This document shows, piece by piece, positions 20,049 to 34,900 of a stretch of DNA of 64,000 bases. The DNA is taken from positions 14,322,001 through 14,386,000 of the forward strand of contig NC_135252.1 in the NCBI RefSeq assembly GCF_964204865.1. Direction: 5' to 3'. The notes below the pieces were generated by a model. It was not told the origin of the DNA. It worked only from the letters and a program-made list of their open reading frames with translations, and searched no databases. This DNA is from Styela clava. Its lineage: Eukaryota. A program made the position numbers and the translations under genes. The stretch's first letter is position 1. Each line of letters opens with the position of its first letter.

Positions 20049-22005
20049 CGTGTTACATTTAAATGTACCGAACTGCAAAACAATAATTGTATTTAAATAT
20101 ATTTTATAGATGTCCGAGAATTCTATGTTATAAAGATACACCTTTATATAATAAGATCTCAAACTATTCCGATATTCTTCCATCAAATTTTAACAATCCT
20201 CTAGCCTTTTTTGGTATAAAAACGAACTTGTTATTGTTTAAAATTAATTGTTTATAGCTAGCTAAAGATATTTTGCATATTCCACCTTCAAAATATACTT
20301 CTAGCACAATTTTACTTCGTACCGTTGTATCAAAAATTTCACGAAACATAGAAAATTTTTCACGATAAAATTACTAGATAAATTCAGTTGACAAACACAA
20401 CCTAAATACACAAAGAACAAAATCTAACAGGCAGACAAGCCAGAAATATTTCAATGCTATGGCTTGCTTCGATTTTGAAATATTTCAATATGATCTTGTC
20501 GTCAAAAAAACTTAGCCACACCTTTACCAATTGAGAGCGGAAGTTATGAGAAAGCTTTTGGGGTTTTATGCTTTTTATGGTCACTTAACTGTGACAGTTT
20601 CTGTAGCCCTCTCAACAAAGATCACGCACGTCATTAGGGTAACAAGAAAACATCATTGATCTATTTTAAATAAAATAGATTCATCTTACAGTTACGTTAA
20701 GGAATTACGTTCCAAGCAGAACGCAATTCTACTGAAATAATCTGCACTATTTCATAAAGTTATTGAACTTTTGTCACAAAATCTATTTTATATACTCATA
20801 AATCTCCTCAATCTACTCATCACTCTCGTATTCTTTACTTTTTTGATCAGACCTCATGATCACGACGATATGGCAGCATCATAAAATGTTCTTATAATCG
20901 ATAACTCGAGACTTCCGTGAGCGAAGCTACTTAACAAATTAGATGTAGAATCAATGCAATAGCAATGAACTATAATAAAAGACAATGAGCGTAATTGCCT
21001 CGCCCCTTTTCAAAACTTAACTTCGTGATATAGTTCAGTCATGAACGAGAAGCTGGGGAAATGGTTCAAATTTTCTACTTACCTTTATGATTTGTCAGTA
21101 ACTTCAATATTTTGGAACCCTAATTGAACTGAAGTGAATTTTATTGTATTCAAGTCCCAAAGCATGGATTTCTGAAGATTAGTTTGAATATATTTTGAAA
21201 GCTGATAAAATTGAAATTCAGATGAACTGAATCATGTCTACTAAATCTCTGCATTACATGTTGATCTCAAATTTATTCAATGTGAAAGCCTCATTTTTTT
21301 TATCTTTATTTTTTGTGATGCCTAAAAACCGCTTGCTGCAAATACAAAACTTTTTTTAAATTATTCTATAACTTTATTTATTGTTGATGTAACCCTTTAA
21401 ATATACAAATTTGGCGGCACGATTGCATAATTTAAGAAGATTTTCTAACAATTTCCCATATTGTTTATTGTATTCACTATTTAGTATATTTTGATGTTGA
21501 TATTGACGAGCTGCGGAAATTCAATAATTTATATCAAACTACTTTTAACAGCAACAAATGTATGACAGACATTAAGGAATTGGTCACATATATGACCACA
21601 AATAATAAACGATCCAAATGGCCACTGTACAGCCAGCAAACTTATAGGGTGTTTGGCAAAATAGTTTTTTTTACCGCCCGAATTTTCTTTGCGTTCAATG
21701 AACCATTTGTAATCAAAGTGAGTTTCTCAATACCATATACACGGGCATTTTTCAATATTGAGTAAGACGTGTTCATATTAGTAGACGTATACGGAATTAT
21801 AATACACAGATTCAGGTGAGTTGTTACTTTCTATCTGGAGGTATAAACCTGTTGTATATTTTGTCTGGCGTGTATTATATATAGAACCCGGTATGAAATG
21901 TTTTGTTTGATTATAATTTTTGTATTGATTGCCCTATATCAAATTCACGATTAAATTTCGTGATTTACTAATTTAGATTCGGCAAGGTACCTGAAAACGT
22001 TTACA

Positions 22006-22831
22006 ATGATTGTTGGCACTTGGCAGATATTTCTCCTCATGCTTCTTATTGTTGTAAACAAAACCCAATCCATCTCGATGAAATGCCCCAACTGCAACTT
22101 TTATGTTTTTATCATCACTGATGATTCCACTGGTACTGGAATTCAACGGGGAGCAAGGAATGAGAACGAAGCCATTAGAATACAGCAAACCGCTAAATCT
22201 GTAGAATTACATGGTGAGCTTACTGCAAAATGACTATTTTATTGCTTAAATTTCAATATTCTTTAGTCGAGTGAATTATTTCAACAAATTATGAAGAATT
22301 AAACAAAAGTTATATTTTCGACCCACAACGGCAAACTCGATAGAACATACAATTTGAACCTAATTTACCTTTTATAACATATATATATATATAATAAATA
22401 TGTTTCTAGTTATTACAGGCAAAGAGGCATGCAGTTCATACCCTAAATTAGCTTGTGGAAAAAATTCCAAATGCGATCCAGTAGAAGACGAAGTTCCGTA
22501 TTATAAATGTTCATGTATAGAGGGAAATTACAAAGAAGTACGAGAAACTGAAAGATTTACTTGCTCAGGTACATACTCATATGCACTCAATATTTTATAA
22601 CATGTGATTATATAATATTAGAATGGGAAAAATTAAAAAATAACGTATTGAATGTTTTGGGTATTAAAAAAAAAATTCCACCCTTGCTCCCATTTTCATA
22701 TCAAATATTTTTCACTTTACAAAAGTCTCCACTAATAGCATATTTTCTTAGTTTATAGCCTTCATTTTTATGAAGCTCGTGGTAAATAGTCCATTTTTTA
22801 TTTCATTTCAGAAATTGATCGGGATCTGTAA
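22006..22831 (+). CDS. Small secreted protein (~128 aa), N-terminal module plus one EGF-like domain only (paralog 2)
   Basis: Exons 22006-22213, 22410-22568, 22812-22831. MIVGTWQIFLLMLLIVV..CPNCNFYVF..GIQRG..ACSSYPKLACGKNSKC..YYKCSC..EVRETERFTCS-EIDRDL*. Confidence 0.82.
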
Positions 22832-24737
22832 TCGTTGTACGAGGAAGAACATTTGGGGAATTATACATAGCCATGGAAGATTAATAACAACAACCTAAAA
22901 ATATAAAACTGCAATGCTATTATTTATTTAGTGAATGCACTCATATTGATTTAATGCATTTCTTGTAATGAATTGTTTTCATAAAAACTTATATCCGATT
23001 GCTTGTGCTTAAAAATGCTATTGCGCGGTATGGTAGTTGATTAAAATCCAACATATCAAGCATATCACATTTTATACTTTACCTAGGATCGTTTTAAAAC
23101 TAATTTAACAATATAAAGAATATTCATTGGGAGTTTAAATGTTCGCAACATTTTAGAAGATACGGGATGACGTTTTCAAACATTTTCTAATGTGGTGATT
23201 AACGTCCTAAATTAAGAATAAAAATTGAAACTCAAACATTGTAATTTTGAGCATAAAATATGAATAACAAAGTAAAATTTCGACATTTGTATACATGGAA
23301 AAATATCTAATATTGTAATTTTTAAACTGCAAAAGCTTCTAGTTGTTGGTGTACAATTGTGTTTAATTCAACATCTGATTTGCAACGTTATGTGTTAGGG
23401 CAACAAAGAGAATTGAACAAAAAATTAAACTCTGATGTATTATGATATTCAGGAAATATTTCTGTGTGAACCAGATAATTTTCATTCACAACATAAATCA
23501 GATTTCGAAACAGCAAATAAAATCCTATTATGCTTCAATTGCAATTTTATTTATTTACTTTAATTTATTGTCATTGTACATCACAACAAGAACAAAATTC
23601 GGGCATTTGACACGATCATATTACAATGAAGTGATCTGGTCTAACATTTTTATTGTTGAATTGGATTTTACATTCAAGAAAGACGTAAATTTTAACAACT
23701 TCAATTTGATCGCCTTTATTTAGTCAGGCATTCATGAAAAAGATAAAGGTTTAACCTAGGTAGCATAGTTTTTATACCTGAGATTAATTTAGCTGAAAGA
23801 CTAATTTATTGATCATCAGTTATTATTTTGAAATGTTAGTAAAAATAAATAGGACAAAAAGATTTCATGATACCATAATAAATTACACCTAGTTGACAAT
23901 AATCTAGACTAAATACGATATATATATATATATATATAGTAACCACACAACGTAACTCGGTTCGTGATTACGAAAAGATTTTATTACCAAATCATGGCCC
24001 AACCCCGGATAGGAAGGTTAGGCTTTTTTACGCCTGATCGCAAATGTTAAAATATAAACACACCTAGGCACTCCAACGTTGATCAAAACCAATTTGTGGG
24101 TATTGGCAAAAACGAAATGACATATTCGAAAAAGCAAAAAGTGGAAACAGAAAGCTTTCATGGAAATGTTGTGATAAAATGTTTATTTGATAGTAGTCTT
24201 TTCTTTGTAAATAAAGGATTAGTTTTGAAGTATAAGGACTTTTAATTTCTCTAAATTACATATCAATATGTTACAAATCATAAACAATGCAATGTTGTGC
24301 AGTATAGGAAGATCAGTATTCACAACAATGCCATTTATATCTTGAATATTATTTCTTTTGAGCTCGATTATTAATAGGTTAGCGCAGTTAGTTATTCTGT
24401 TTGTATAATGTTTTCATATTCAACATTCTATAATAACACCTTATAGCTAATTCATAAAATAAGGGAAATATATAGATAAAAACGATCCTTTGATGGGTTA
24501 GTGGTGAAGAACTTGAGACATTTAAATGCCATTTTCGTTAGCTGTTTTGATATTATGTTCAATGAATAAACCCTTCTCACAAGGTCCTGTATACTGTTTA
24601 TTGTTGTCTTCGTGTTTCTCCCGATACGACACTGGTCTTTGGTGCGATGAAACTTTTTGCAATCATTTTTTTTTTTACAAAAACAGCTATATCTGCAGGC
24701 AGTAAGATTATTTACTTTTGTGCTTCATTAGATTGAT

Positions 24738-27700
24738 ATGTTTCAAATTACAATACAATTATTGACGGATCTCGTCATTTTAGCTTTGATATCTCGAGGA
24801 CAATGTGCTTCAGTAACATGTCCTGATTGCGAGTATTATATATTAATGTTAACTGCCGATAATGAAGGTGAGTGGCTTATTTGACTTTTGTTATCACAAA
24901 AAAACTGACACATGCGTTTGGCGATATTATAATCAACCTAATGAAATGAATAATAACATTTTGTTGCAGGTATTCAACGTGGTACAAATACCTCAGAATC
25001 AGTAATAAATATGTGGAACTTGTTTGAAACGTTCAATTCTAAAAGTGAGTTGAATATAATTTAGTTGATACTTCAACCCCTTTTCCTAAATATTATAGCC
25101 TCACATTTTCGATGCTGCTCAGACGTCAAAAACATAAACTCCAAAAGGATCCAAATCATGACATAGATGAAAAAATGTGAGTTCCTGTCCAGAGATGGAA
25201 AACCCGTGACCAGCGAGTGACAAAGTGACCCATCATCTTTTTTGTGACCCACCAAGTCACTAACTAATAAAAGAAACCTACCAACATTTCAAAGTTAAAA
25301 ACTGATAATAAATTAGTATAGGCAATAATTCAATCCAACAATAAGTGAATTACTATAGTATATCAGTATATTACATTGTTAAAACTTTTGTATTGTTATT
25401 TTTTTGCAAAACTTTTTACAGCGGTTATCCTTCGAAAATGCAAAAAACAAAGGAGGCCACAGCATATTTTGGGGAGTAGGGAAGAACTAGATGCTACTTT
25501 TCAGTTTATGTTTTTCTTACACACAATCCCGTTTAGTAAACAAAGCTTATTACACTTAATTCACGACTACAGGATTCTTAAATAATAATGGAGCTGGATG
25601 ATAGTGAATTCAATACGGTCGAAAAATATAATTCTTTCAAAGTGTAATACCCTTCCATACAATTTTCAACCATAATGTTTTTTAGTGATTCATACATGCG
25701 AAGCCGTGTTTTCGCTCATGAATTTCGTAAAATATTTTACCAGCCCACTGTTCTGATGTAAATACTGCATGAGTTAATATTCAAATACACAATATCAAGC
25801 AAGAATTGTAAGACTATCAGAAAAATGCAACAGCATGACCCATATTTATGACCCACAATTTTCTTTTCTATATCGAAAATATAGTTTTTAACCCATTTAT
25901 TAAAAAACTTCCACCAATATTGCCGTGGTTAACCGCGTCTAGGGCACCATTCTGTTTTTTAATATGACCGTGAAACAATAAAGATGTGTCAGCTACAATA
26001 AAGAAAACTTCTTTGTCGAAGTTGCTATCCTTTTGCATTTTTCAATAAAAGTGTAACATTGATTTGAAATGCACAGACTACAGTGATGAATTTTAACCTA
26101 CTCAGGGCATGGTGACCCCCCCCCAACAAAAAAAACTTAACTTATACAATATGTTCCAAATAAGCTGGTTTCCGCTTTTTGTGTCACTCTATACCAGCGT
26201 TTCACAAACTTCTTAGGCCACAGAACACTTACGATTTTTATCTCGTCTCGCGGAACACCAACAAATGAAAGGATAAAATTGATAAAGAACACTCGGAAGA
26301 CGCCAGTGGAACACTAGTGTTTCACGGAACACAGTTTGGGAAACGCTGCTCTATAGTATACTTTCTTATAAAAATCACTAGTATTTTGGTATAGGCTAGC
26401 TACTCCATTCAATCCAAGAATGTTTCATAAATTAAAAAACGATTAAATTGAAGTGTGAATCCCAAATTTGTGCTAGTTTAGCCACACCAAATTGCTTGAT
26501 ACGAGACAGTTGAAAATTTGATTATTAAAAAGATGTTCTATTCAGTGACAACGGGAAACGAAGCTTGTACTTCGTATCAAGATAAAGCATGTGGGTCAAC
26601 CTCAGCAATCTGTTCTCCAGGATCAGATGGTGCTGTTTATTTTCATTGCCAATGTGTCCCTGGATTTACGGAAACACGAGAAACCCAAATATATTATTGT
26701 ACAGGTTGCAAAATTTTGATTTATCTCTGTATATTTTTACTTTTATTGGGCTTAATCTTGAACGATTCCTTTAATATATTTTTGAATTTACTGCCATCTC
26801 GTGGCTTTTAGAAAAATGCTTCACTCGAACTTATACTGATGATTATCAAATATCTTCCCTTGTAATATTTTAAGGTCTTGATATCATACTTTTCATATGA
26901 TTGAAAAACGTTACATAGCTGTTTTGAGGTTATAAACGTGAACTGAACGTAATACGTCTTACAGAAAAAAACATTTAAAAAAAGTTGAAAAAAATTGCAG
27001 CAAAATTACTTACAGAGTCTTCGACAATAGATACTGCAATGTCTTCATCAGTTCCAACAACAACAACTATTGCTCAATATGAGAGAAACGCAACAATGAC
27101 AACACTTAACTCAGGTCTGACATGTCATTCTTGCACGTGTACAACTAAATGCAGACTTTTATTCCTGGGAACGACCAAATCAATAAATTGAAATTCAAGA
27201 TGAAAAAATTGCTTACAAAACATTACTACTATGTATGATTGTATAAAGGACATATCCTGCCTGAGCCGTGCAATTTTTTATTCACAAAATTAAGCGAAAT
27301 TGTAATTCATTCCTGTTTTTCGTATGTCAAGTATTGTGGTCTAGTCTAGACTTCAAATGATTCAATAAGATAACATGTAAAGAGTATTTGTTTCATAATT
27401 GTCTTCTTATTGGAATTACCAACATTTTCAACAACTCTATACAGCAGGCATTAGTCAAGAGTATAATGTGATCTATTATTTGTTCATATTCGATATAAAA
27501 GTTTTAACCGCAGTTTTTCCATCCCGTCCACAGACACATTATGAGGGTGATGCGTTAATCTGGCACTGAACATAAAATTGTAAAACCTGGTAATTTTAAA
27601 CACTGCAAGATCATCACACAACTAACGATATCATTTATTCAGATTTTCTCACCACAACTACAACAGAGGGGTCGACTTCACCTACCAGATTGTCAACAAT

Positions 27701-29686
27701 GACTATTTCCGCAGAACTGATATCCAATAGTAGTTTTACAAGTAACTTAAATTTGCAAATGTTACATTTATATTACTATCATAATTATATTCAATTTATA
27801 TATAATCCTCATACGCATTTACACGTCGGGCATCAATCACTTCACGGGTTAACAAAGACTGAATCCCAATTCAGTCATATTTTTTCATAATCTTTAGTCA
27901 GAATTGTTTTTAAATTCCCATATTTATCCTTCTAATTAGTTATTGAGCTTTCTCAATTTCAAGTACTAGTCTGATTCCGAACGATAGCTATATAGATTAT
28001 TGCCAAATTGCACCTTTGATCCTAGAAGGATTGCTAGAAGATGTTCATCTTTTTATAATCTCATCGGATCTATTCAGTGATAATTATAGTGATTTTGAAT
28101 TCACTTTGAAGTGGAAAAATTGAATTTTATCAGCTGAGGCAGCAACAAATAAAGCCTCACCGGCCGATAACATAGATTTACATGCTACTTCGAGTTCAAT
28201 TACGACTTCCACAACAACATCATCAGCAACAACAACTTCAAGTAGGTTTCCACTCCTTGATATATTTTTGGGGGATTAAGTCGTAACATAATCTGAAAAT
28301 TATCAAAAATGGCTTCCATCCCTGCAAGAAATATATGCTACGGAAGCAATTATTGAAAAAGAAATACAATCATAAATATTCAATATTTTGCTACATGAAT
28401 TTCGTTTCATACTTACTACTTTGGTATTCTAGAGCAGGGCTACCCAACTATTTTACCGAAGATCTGCATTGAAAACTTCAAAATTATTTGGGTCCGGCGT
28501 TTCCAGAAATTATATTTCGGCATCCGTAAACGCGCACTTCCTCGACCGGCTAATGATTATCAGCTAATCAAGATTGTTTATTATGGTGTTATAGTTCTTT
28601 TCATATATATTCAAAACAATAAAAGTCATTTTATAATATGAAAATTAAAAGTGGGGCTAATGATCCAAAATAAAGAATTAGGTGCGGTCCGAATCAAATA
28701 CTTAAAAGGTCCGGATTCGGACCATGGTCCGTCAGTTTAGTAGCCCTGTTCTAGAGTAGTATTATTATCTTAATTAAATTTTTATCTAAGTAGTCCGAAT
28801 GAATTCACAGGTATCATACCAGGACAGAGTTCACATACCAGCAATAACATGGCATTGAATTCAACTTCGATCTCCACCGCGACCTCCACAACAACACCAC
28901 CAACAACTGCAACTTCGAGTAGGTTTTAGATTCATGATATAGTTGTTAATTAAATTATTCTGCTACCTTTGGAGAAAAGCTGACTTAAAAAGAAAGACAT
29001 CTCACAAAATGAAAGGATTTTTGTAAATATCTGCGTGATTTTGATACCATATCGTTTTGGTACTTATATATACTTTTTATTTCGTTTTATACATATATAT
29101 ATATATGGCCACCTACGACCATACGCTATAAAAGGTACTCCCGTAGTATGTGAACCACGATGGCGAGCACCGGAACGTAGTATGTGTACCAGGTTAGGGT
29201 TAGGCCATAAGTTTATTCCATTTTTCCTTATTTTAGTTCTATTACAAGTTCGAGGACCAGCCAAGTGACTCCCGTAGTATTTGTACCTGAAATTATGGCC
29301 CAATTAATTATTATAATAAATTATTTGGTTCATATACTACGGGAGCACCCTATAATACATATATATATGCCCACCTATGACCATACGAGATAAAATCTGC
29401 TACCAACGTACCAATGCCACATAAATAGTCTATTCTTGGTAATTATAGGGCAAACGTGAATTGGATAAACAAGTTTAACCTCCATCTGAACCCAACGGCA
29501 TATATGCATTTAATAAATTGTAGCCCTGGTTATCAGTGCAAATAAACATACGAGGTTGATCTATGTGCTTTTGATATTTTACAAATATATTTAAACATTT
29601 CAGCATCAAAGAGCGGAGCAGAGAAGTGCGTCACAGGAACCAAAATGCTTTTAATAAGTCTTGTTTTTTATCGATTTTTGGTGTAA
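24738..29686 (+). CDS. Predicted GPI-anchored protein (~286 aa): N-terminal module, EGF-like domain and Ser/Thr mucin stalk (paralog 3)
   Basis: Exons 24738-24867, 24970-25044, 26546-26704, 27016-27114, 27643-27741, 28134-28241, 28811-28918, 29604-29686, all phase 1. The protein ends SKSGAEKCVTGTKMLLISLVFYRFLV*, a small omega region followed by a hydrophobic C-terminus. Confidence 0.83.
26195..26348. mobile_element. hAT-type MITE
   Basis: cagcgtttcacaaac...gtttgggaaacgctg with TSD ctctatac/ctctatag. Confidence 0.8.
28435..28748. mobile_element. hAT-type MITE
   Basis: cagggctac...gtagccctg with a perfect 8-bp TSD ttctagag. Confidence 0.88.
29134..29349. mobile_element. GG..CC-ended MITE with 8-bp TSD (Merlin-like) carrying TTAGGG motifs
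   Basis: TIR ggtactcccgtagtatgtgaacca / tggttcatatactacgggagcacc, TSD ctataaaa/ctataata, internal ggttagggttagg. Confidence 0.78.
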
Positions 29687-31957
29687 TCATTTATCATAAT
29701 TCAAATAAATAAATAAATTTGTTGATAAAGGTTGCCGTCAATTTGGGCGATATTTGTTTGGAAAGCATAAGATAAAATTATTTAGAACAGCGTGCGATTT
29801 CCAAAAAATGCAATTCGAGCGTAAATTAACTGTATTGAAAATGAGGAAAGCATTTACTATATTATACAAATACAAATATAAACGGTATACCTGAAACAGT
29901 GCAAGTTCGAAAATACCGCGACAAAACGGCATTCTTTAACAGAAACCAGACCATGTTCGAGAAGGCATGAGAAACGACGTTATCCCTTTTCGTTCTACAC
30001 AACTCAAAACGAATGTGGTTGTCGATACAAACTTTAACAAATCGAAGAAAAAGATAGTGTGGAAAAACTAAAAATGCGTATAATTTTACTGTTTTTATTC
30101 ACACCGTCACTTTTTAAATTAAAACAGATCAAATTATAATAGAGTATCAAATATAATAGTATCAGTATTGGCTCTTGCGCTAATAAATGCTATCTTTTTT
30201 AAATAAATCGTTTTTTTTTTTTTGGTGACTTGATTGGATTTTCCAGTAATAAAAAATCTTTGAAGAATGTTTGCCTCCAAGTCAGCGATTTTTTGACGAC
30301 TCAACTTACGGAATGTACAGTAAAACCGTTTTAGAATAACACAACGTTAGGGTTAGGAACTATATTCAAAATAACTTTAAGATCTAGATTAAAAAAGCCA
30401 AGAATCCCGTGATCCCGGGATCGCAACACTAAAAGAGAATTATTCATAAAATAAATTAATAGTTATTTTGTACTTTGAACTCATCATTGAACATACGTGT
30501 TTCAATGAATCTGAATCGATAATTTGAGCTGAGAATTCAAAATTGTTGTTGCACCAAATACTTATATTTTACACAAATACTCAAATTCTACTTCATGAGA
30601 TGTTAATTTCTGCATTACATTTCACTATTCTTTACATTTGTAATAAAGTTAAAAAAACAAACGATGCACACTGATGATAACAGGATATCTTGTTTTGTAT
30701 TTTTGAACTCCGCTTGAGGCAAATTCTGACATGAGACGTTACGGGCGACACATGCGTCATTCAATTTAATGAATTTCGTATGCGCTTCCATTTATTATAT
30801 TGTTTCAAATAAAAAACAATTCAAAAAACATGAACATTACCCAAAATTGGATATAAAATAATAGAAGGCGTTGAAATACATTTTCAATGCGAGTAGATTT
30901 TAGCATTGAAGAAAATTTGTTTCAACAAAATTTTTATTCGAAAATCTGCATTATTGAAAAAAAAAAAATTGGGCAAAGAAATGACTACATGTCGTTTGCA
31001 TGTGGGAAGCGTCAATTTGCTATTTGGCATTAAGGAATGGCATTTCAAAATGAGGCATTACTAGACATCAAAACTACAACTTATGAACTGATTTGTTTGC
31101 TATTTTTTTTATCTTGTTGTTATTGTTGTCATAGAAAATCGTTCATATTAAATAGTTGTTTTTAAAATAGAACTCCTATATGTTATTTTAGTTCAGTCAT
31201 TTATTTTATTTGGTATAAAAAAATTTTGGTGCACTAAATTAAACAGAAATTATTTACTTGAAATGAGGAAGTACCTATGCGATACTCTGCTACATAGCCT
31301 ATAATTTGACTGTTAATTTATACTTCCACGAGGAAAGTAATAAAATCTCGTAACGCTGTCTAGTACGTTTTGTATTTTGTTTTGAAGCATTTTGAAATAA
31401 AAATTAATATAATGCTAATGTTATTGAGATACTCACCAAAACATATATACCTATCTTTCAATTCTAACTTCGTTTTGTATTTTACTCAATAAAACTTACT
31501 ATTCATCTACATTAATTAATAACTTTTTATATCTATAGATTGCGTACTATGTACTTTATTTTAAGCATATGGCAAATATTCACAAACATGACGTTATGCT
31601 ATTTTATGGTTCACATTCAAAATAATTTAAACTGGTTCTAAGGAACAGGTAATGTCACTATGGGTTGTTTGCGTTTCTACGTGCTCAGATGCTTTTAAAA
31701 TAAACTAAATTAATTCTAAATTAGGTGCTGATTTAGATAAAATACAATAAAAAGTTACCTTCAGGGCATAACTTCGCACTATATTATCTGATTAAAAAGA
31801 ATAAATCGTGAAGACCGTACCGGGGTATTTATGGCACTTGTGGCATTGCATAAACATTGAAAATCTTTCTGTGTGTCAGTCAGGCAGAATGAATGGTGAT
31901 GTTCTCATGAATAAAAATGATTATTTTCAAATTTTTTTTTAGTTTAAAATTTACAAC

Positions 31958-34900
31958 ATGTTATACGCTATAAAAATATTGTTTATACTTGGAGTATGTT
32001 TCTCTGTTTCGTGTTTGGCAAAGCCGGGTGAGTCATTTTAATATTATATATGTTAAAGGGCTCTCTAACGATGAAATTTTGAGAAAGAATATCATATAAC
32101 GAGAAATTTACTTTAAATGTATATTCGATGGAGCGAGTCAAATGAGTTTTTTCATTTTTGACAATATACACTATTTGAAGAAAATATCTTTTATGTATAC
32201 GGCTGTGGTTTTTAGTTGGGATTCCGCCAGTCCAGTTCAGGGGGTTCCACAATTTTCATATAAATCTGCAAGTTTCATTCAAAAATTCGAGTCTATATTA
32301 TTATTAATATTAATACGTTAATACGTTTATTAAGTTTATAACCAAATACCTATTGGGCTTACCCTATTTTAAGCTTGCTATACTTTAACGATAATTTTGT
32401 TTTGTCAGTATAAGGTTTGATTTCATGTATGTATTCGTGGTTAAAAATATCAGACAATAAAAGACAATTAAAGTGTGGAGCAGGGGTTTCTCAAGTCTCT
32501 GGAATGTTTCAAAAAGATTGAAAGCCATCGGTATACGGAATAGAAAACCGCAAATATTTATTTCCACTTACTTCGCATAAAAATAAAAGTTTTGTTGCTC
32601 ACTTCATATAGAGTAATAAATCAAATTGTTTTTCACCGAGAATGAAAACAATGCATTTTCATAGACTAGTAATAAAACTCATTTCATTTAAGGAAAAGGA
32701 AAGAGTAAAGGAAAGGGAAAGCATTGTCTCTACAATCCATGTCCGCGAGGCAAAATATGCCACATAAACGGAAAATGCATCGGTTCGTATTGTTTGTGTT
32801 ATAGTTTAGTTTGAATTCACAGGTTTAGAAACAAGCGAGACTTGTGATTTGTACAAATAAATTGACCTACATAACAAATGGAAGTAAATATCACTACAGA
32901 TATATGTAATATATTCATTTAGTAAGTCTCATACATGGCACTTCTTAGTAAATTGTATACGATATTCTATAAAGCGATTGGGAACTTAGGATTTTGCTAA
33001 GACAATTAAAGCTAAGACACTTTCGGAAATTAGAGATTCTTTAACTGCTTTTTTAATTTGAGGTTTTAAAACCTGTTATTTTTTTTATAAAGCGGGATAA
33101 CGGTATAGTTGTATATTAAATTTTACTTGATTTTTTTATAAATCGTTCCATATTCTGCAGGTAAACCTTTTCCTTTGCCGCATCCTTGCGCAAACAAATA
33201 CTGCCCACCTAAAAAAGTTTGCAAACTTGGGAAATGCGTTTGCAAAACAGGTGTGGAAATCGCTGGAAAATGCTTGCGTGAGTATTTTACAACTTAATTT
33301 TTAATGTGTTAATTTTACCTATTATAATTTCGAAAAAGATTTTTAAATTCAATCAAGACTGTATGGGCTGGATACCGAATTGAGATAATGTACATTGAAA
33401 AATTATATATACTGAAATTATTATGCGCTAAAATAATGTTTAAGCTGTTTTGATCGCGTTATTACTCATTTTAAGCCCATTTCTGATTAAAAAATCAAAA
33501 AATATCAATTTGTGTAGGGCAGCTATTAAGCTGGACTGATTAATCCTAAAATGCCCTTGGGCGACATGCGTGCATTCACGTGTTTGTTGTTGCATTATAA
33601 ATGTCAAACCCAAGATATGAGTGAAAAAAAATAGATTTAGATTTAACAGCATACGTCATTAAAATCTTGATGATATTTACTCGTATAGGTCATACTACGA
33701 AATCATTTTTTTTAATCAAAGCTCGCTTATCATTAACATCTAACTATTATAACTAACTATTTATAACGTAAAATTTTGTCACGACTGGAAGGATTAAGAA
33801 TTCGCACTGGCTTTAGCTTCCAAACTTTGTCGTTACCTAATCTACGAGACTGTCTAATATAGGAAAATGTAGAACAAAAAGTCGTGTGAGAGTTAATCTC
33901 GTTTACACGATCCGATTTCCTAAAATAGGTGAGTTAAAATTCTGTTTAAAACAGGGAAATCGAAAATTAACGCACTTTATAGAGCCGTTCGTAAATATTG
34001 TAGTTAAAATTAACTAAAGGATCCATTATATTAAAAGTAAAAAGGAAAAAGTTGAACAATATTCTGTTTTGGCATAATTAGCAGTATAATAAGAAGAATA
34101 AAGTACTTTTAAGCAGAATGGCTAGCAAATAATCTGAATGCGGCAAACAATTAAAAAACCGAATCTGTACTGTTATCTGTTCTTTATTACAGAAATGCTT
34201 AAACTTCATACCCTGAAATTGTTTTGCACTGGTTTCATGATCACTTTGTTAGGTTTACTCTTAACAATCAAGCTTTATTGGCATAACAACACTCATTGTT
34301 CGATATGATCAAATATTTGTGCCAACGATTAATATTAACATTTGTCTTGCCTGTCCATTTATTTTTATTCAATAGTTTTAATTAAAGTCCATTTTTTGAT
34401 GAACCCTTAAAATTGATTTTTAACGAACTAACAAACACAACCATTTTCAGTACTGCCAAGGTATTGCCCGTATGTTCCTTGTGGAAAAGGGAAAAAATGT
34501 TTCAATGGAAAGTGCATTGGTAAGTAGCGGTCATATCATGGCCCTTGTCATAGTTTCTAGGCATTACTGAAACTAGTTTTGAATACTCCATGTTTTTGAA
34601 ATATAAGTATTTGCTTAATTGAAAAAAATCTTTTTTGTTCTTGTGTCGGAGACTTGTATCTCTATAATCTTTACGAATTTTGTCTTTTCAAACATCTGAA
34701 TTAAGACACGAACGAAACTCCTCCGTGTTTACCGTTTTCTATTAATAAATTTGGCCGTAAACAATATTGGTGTACAGTTGCAACAACTAGAAACAATGAT
34801 TCATCAAAAACACATCAGTATAGCAGACGAGGACACTTTTTCAAATGTACAGACATTTCATTGTAGGATATGCTTTTGAGCAAAATTGAAACGATATAAA

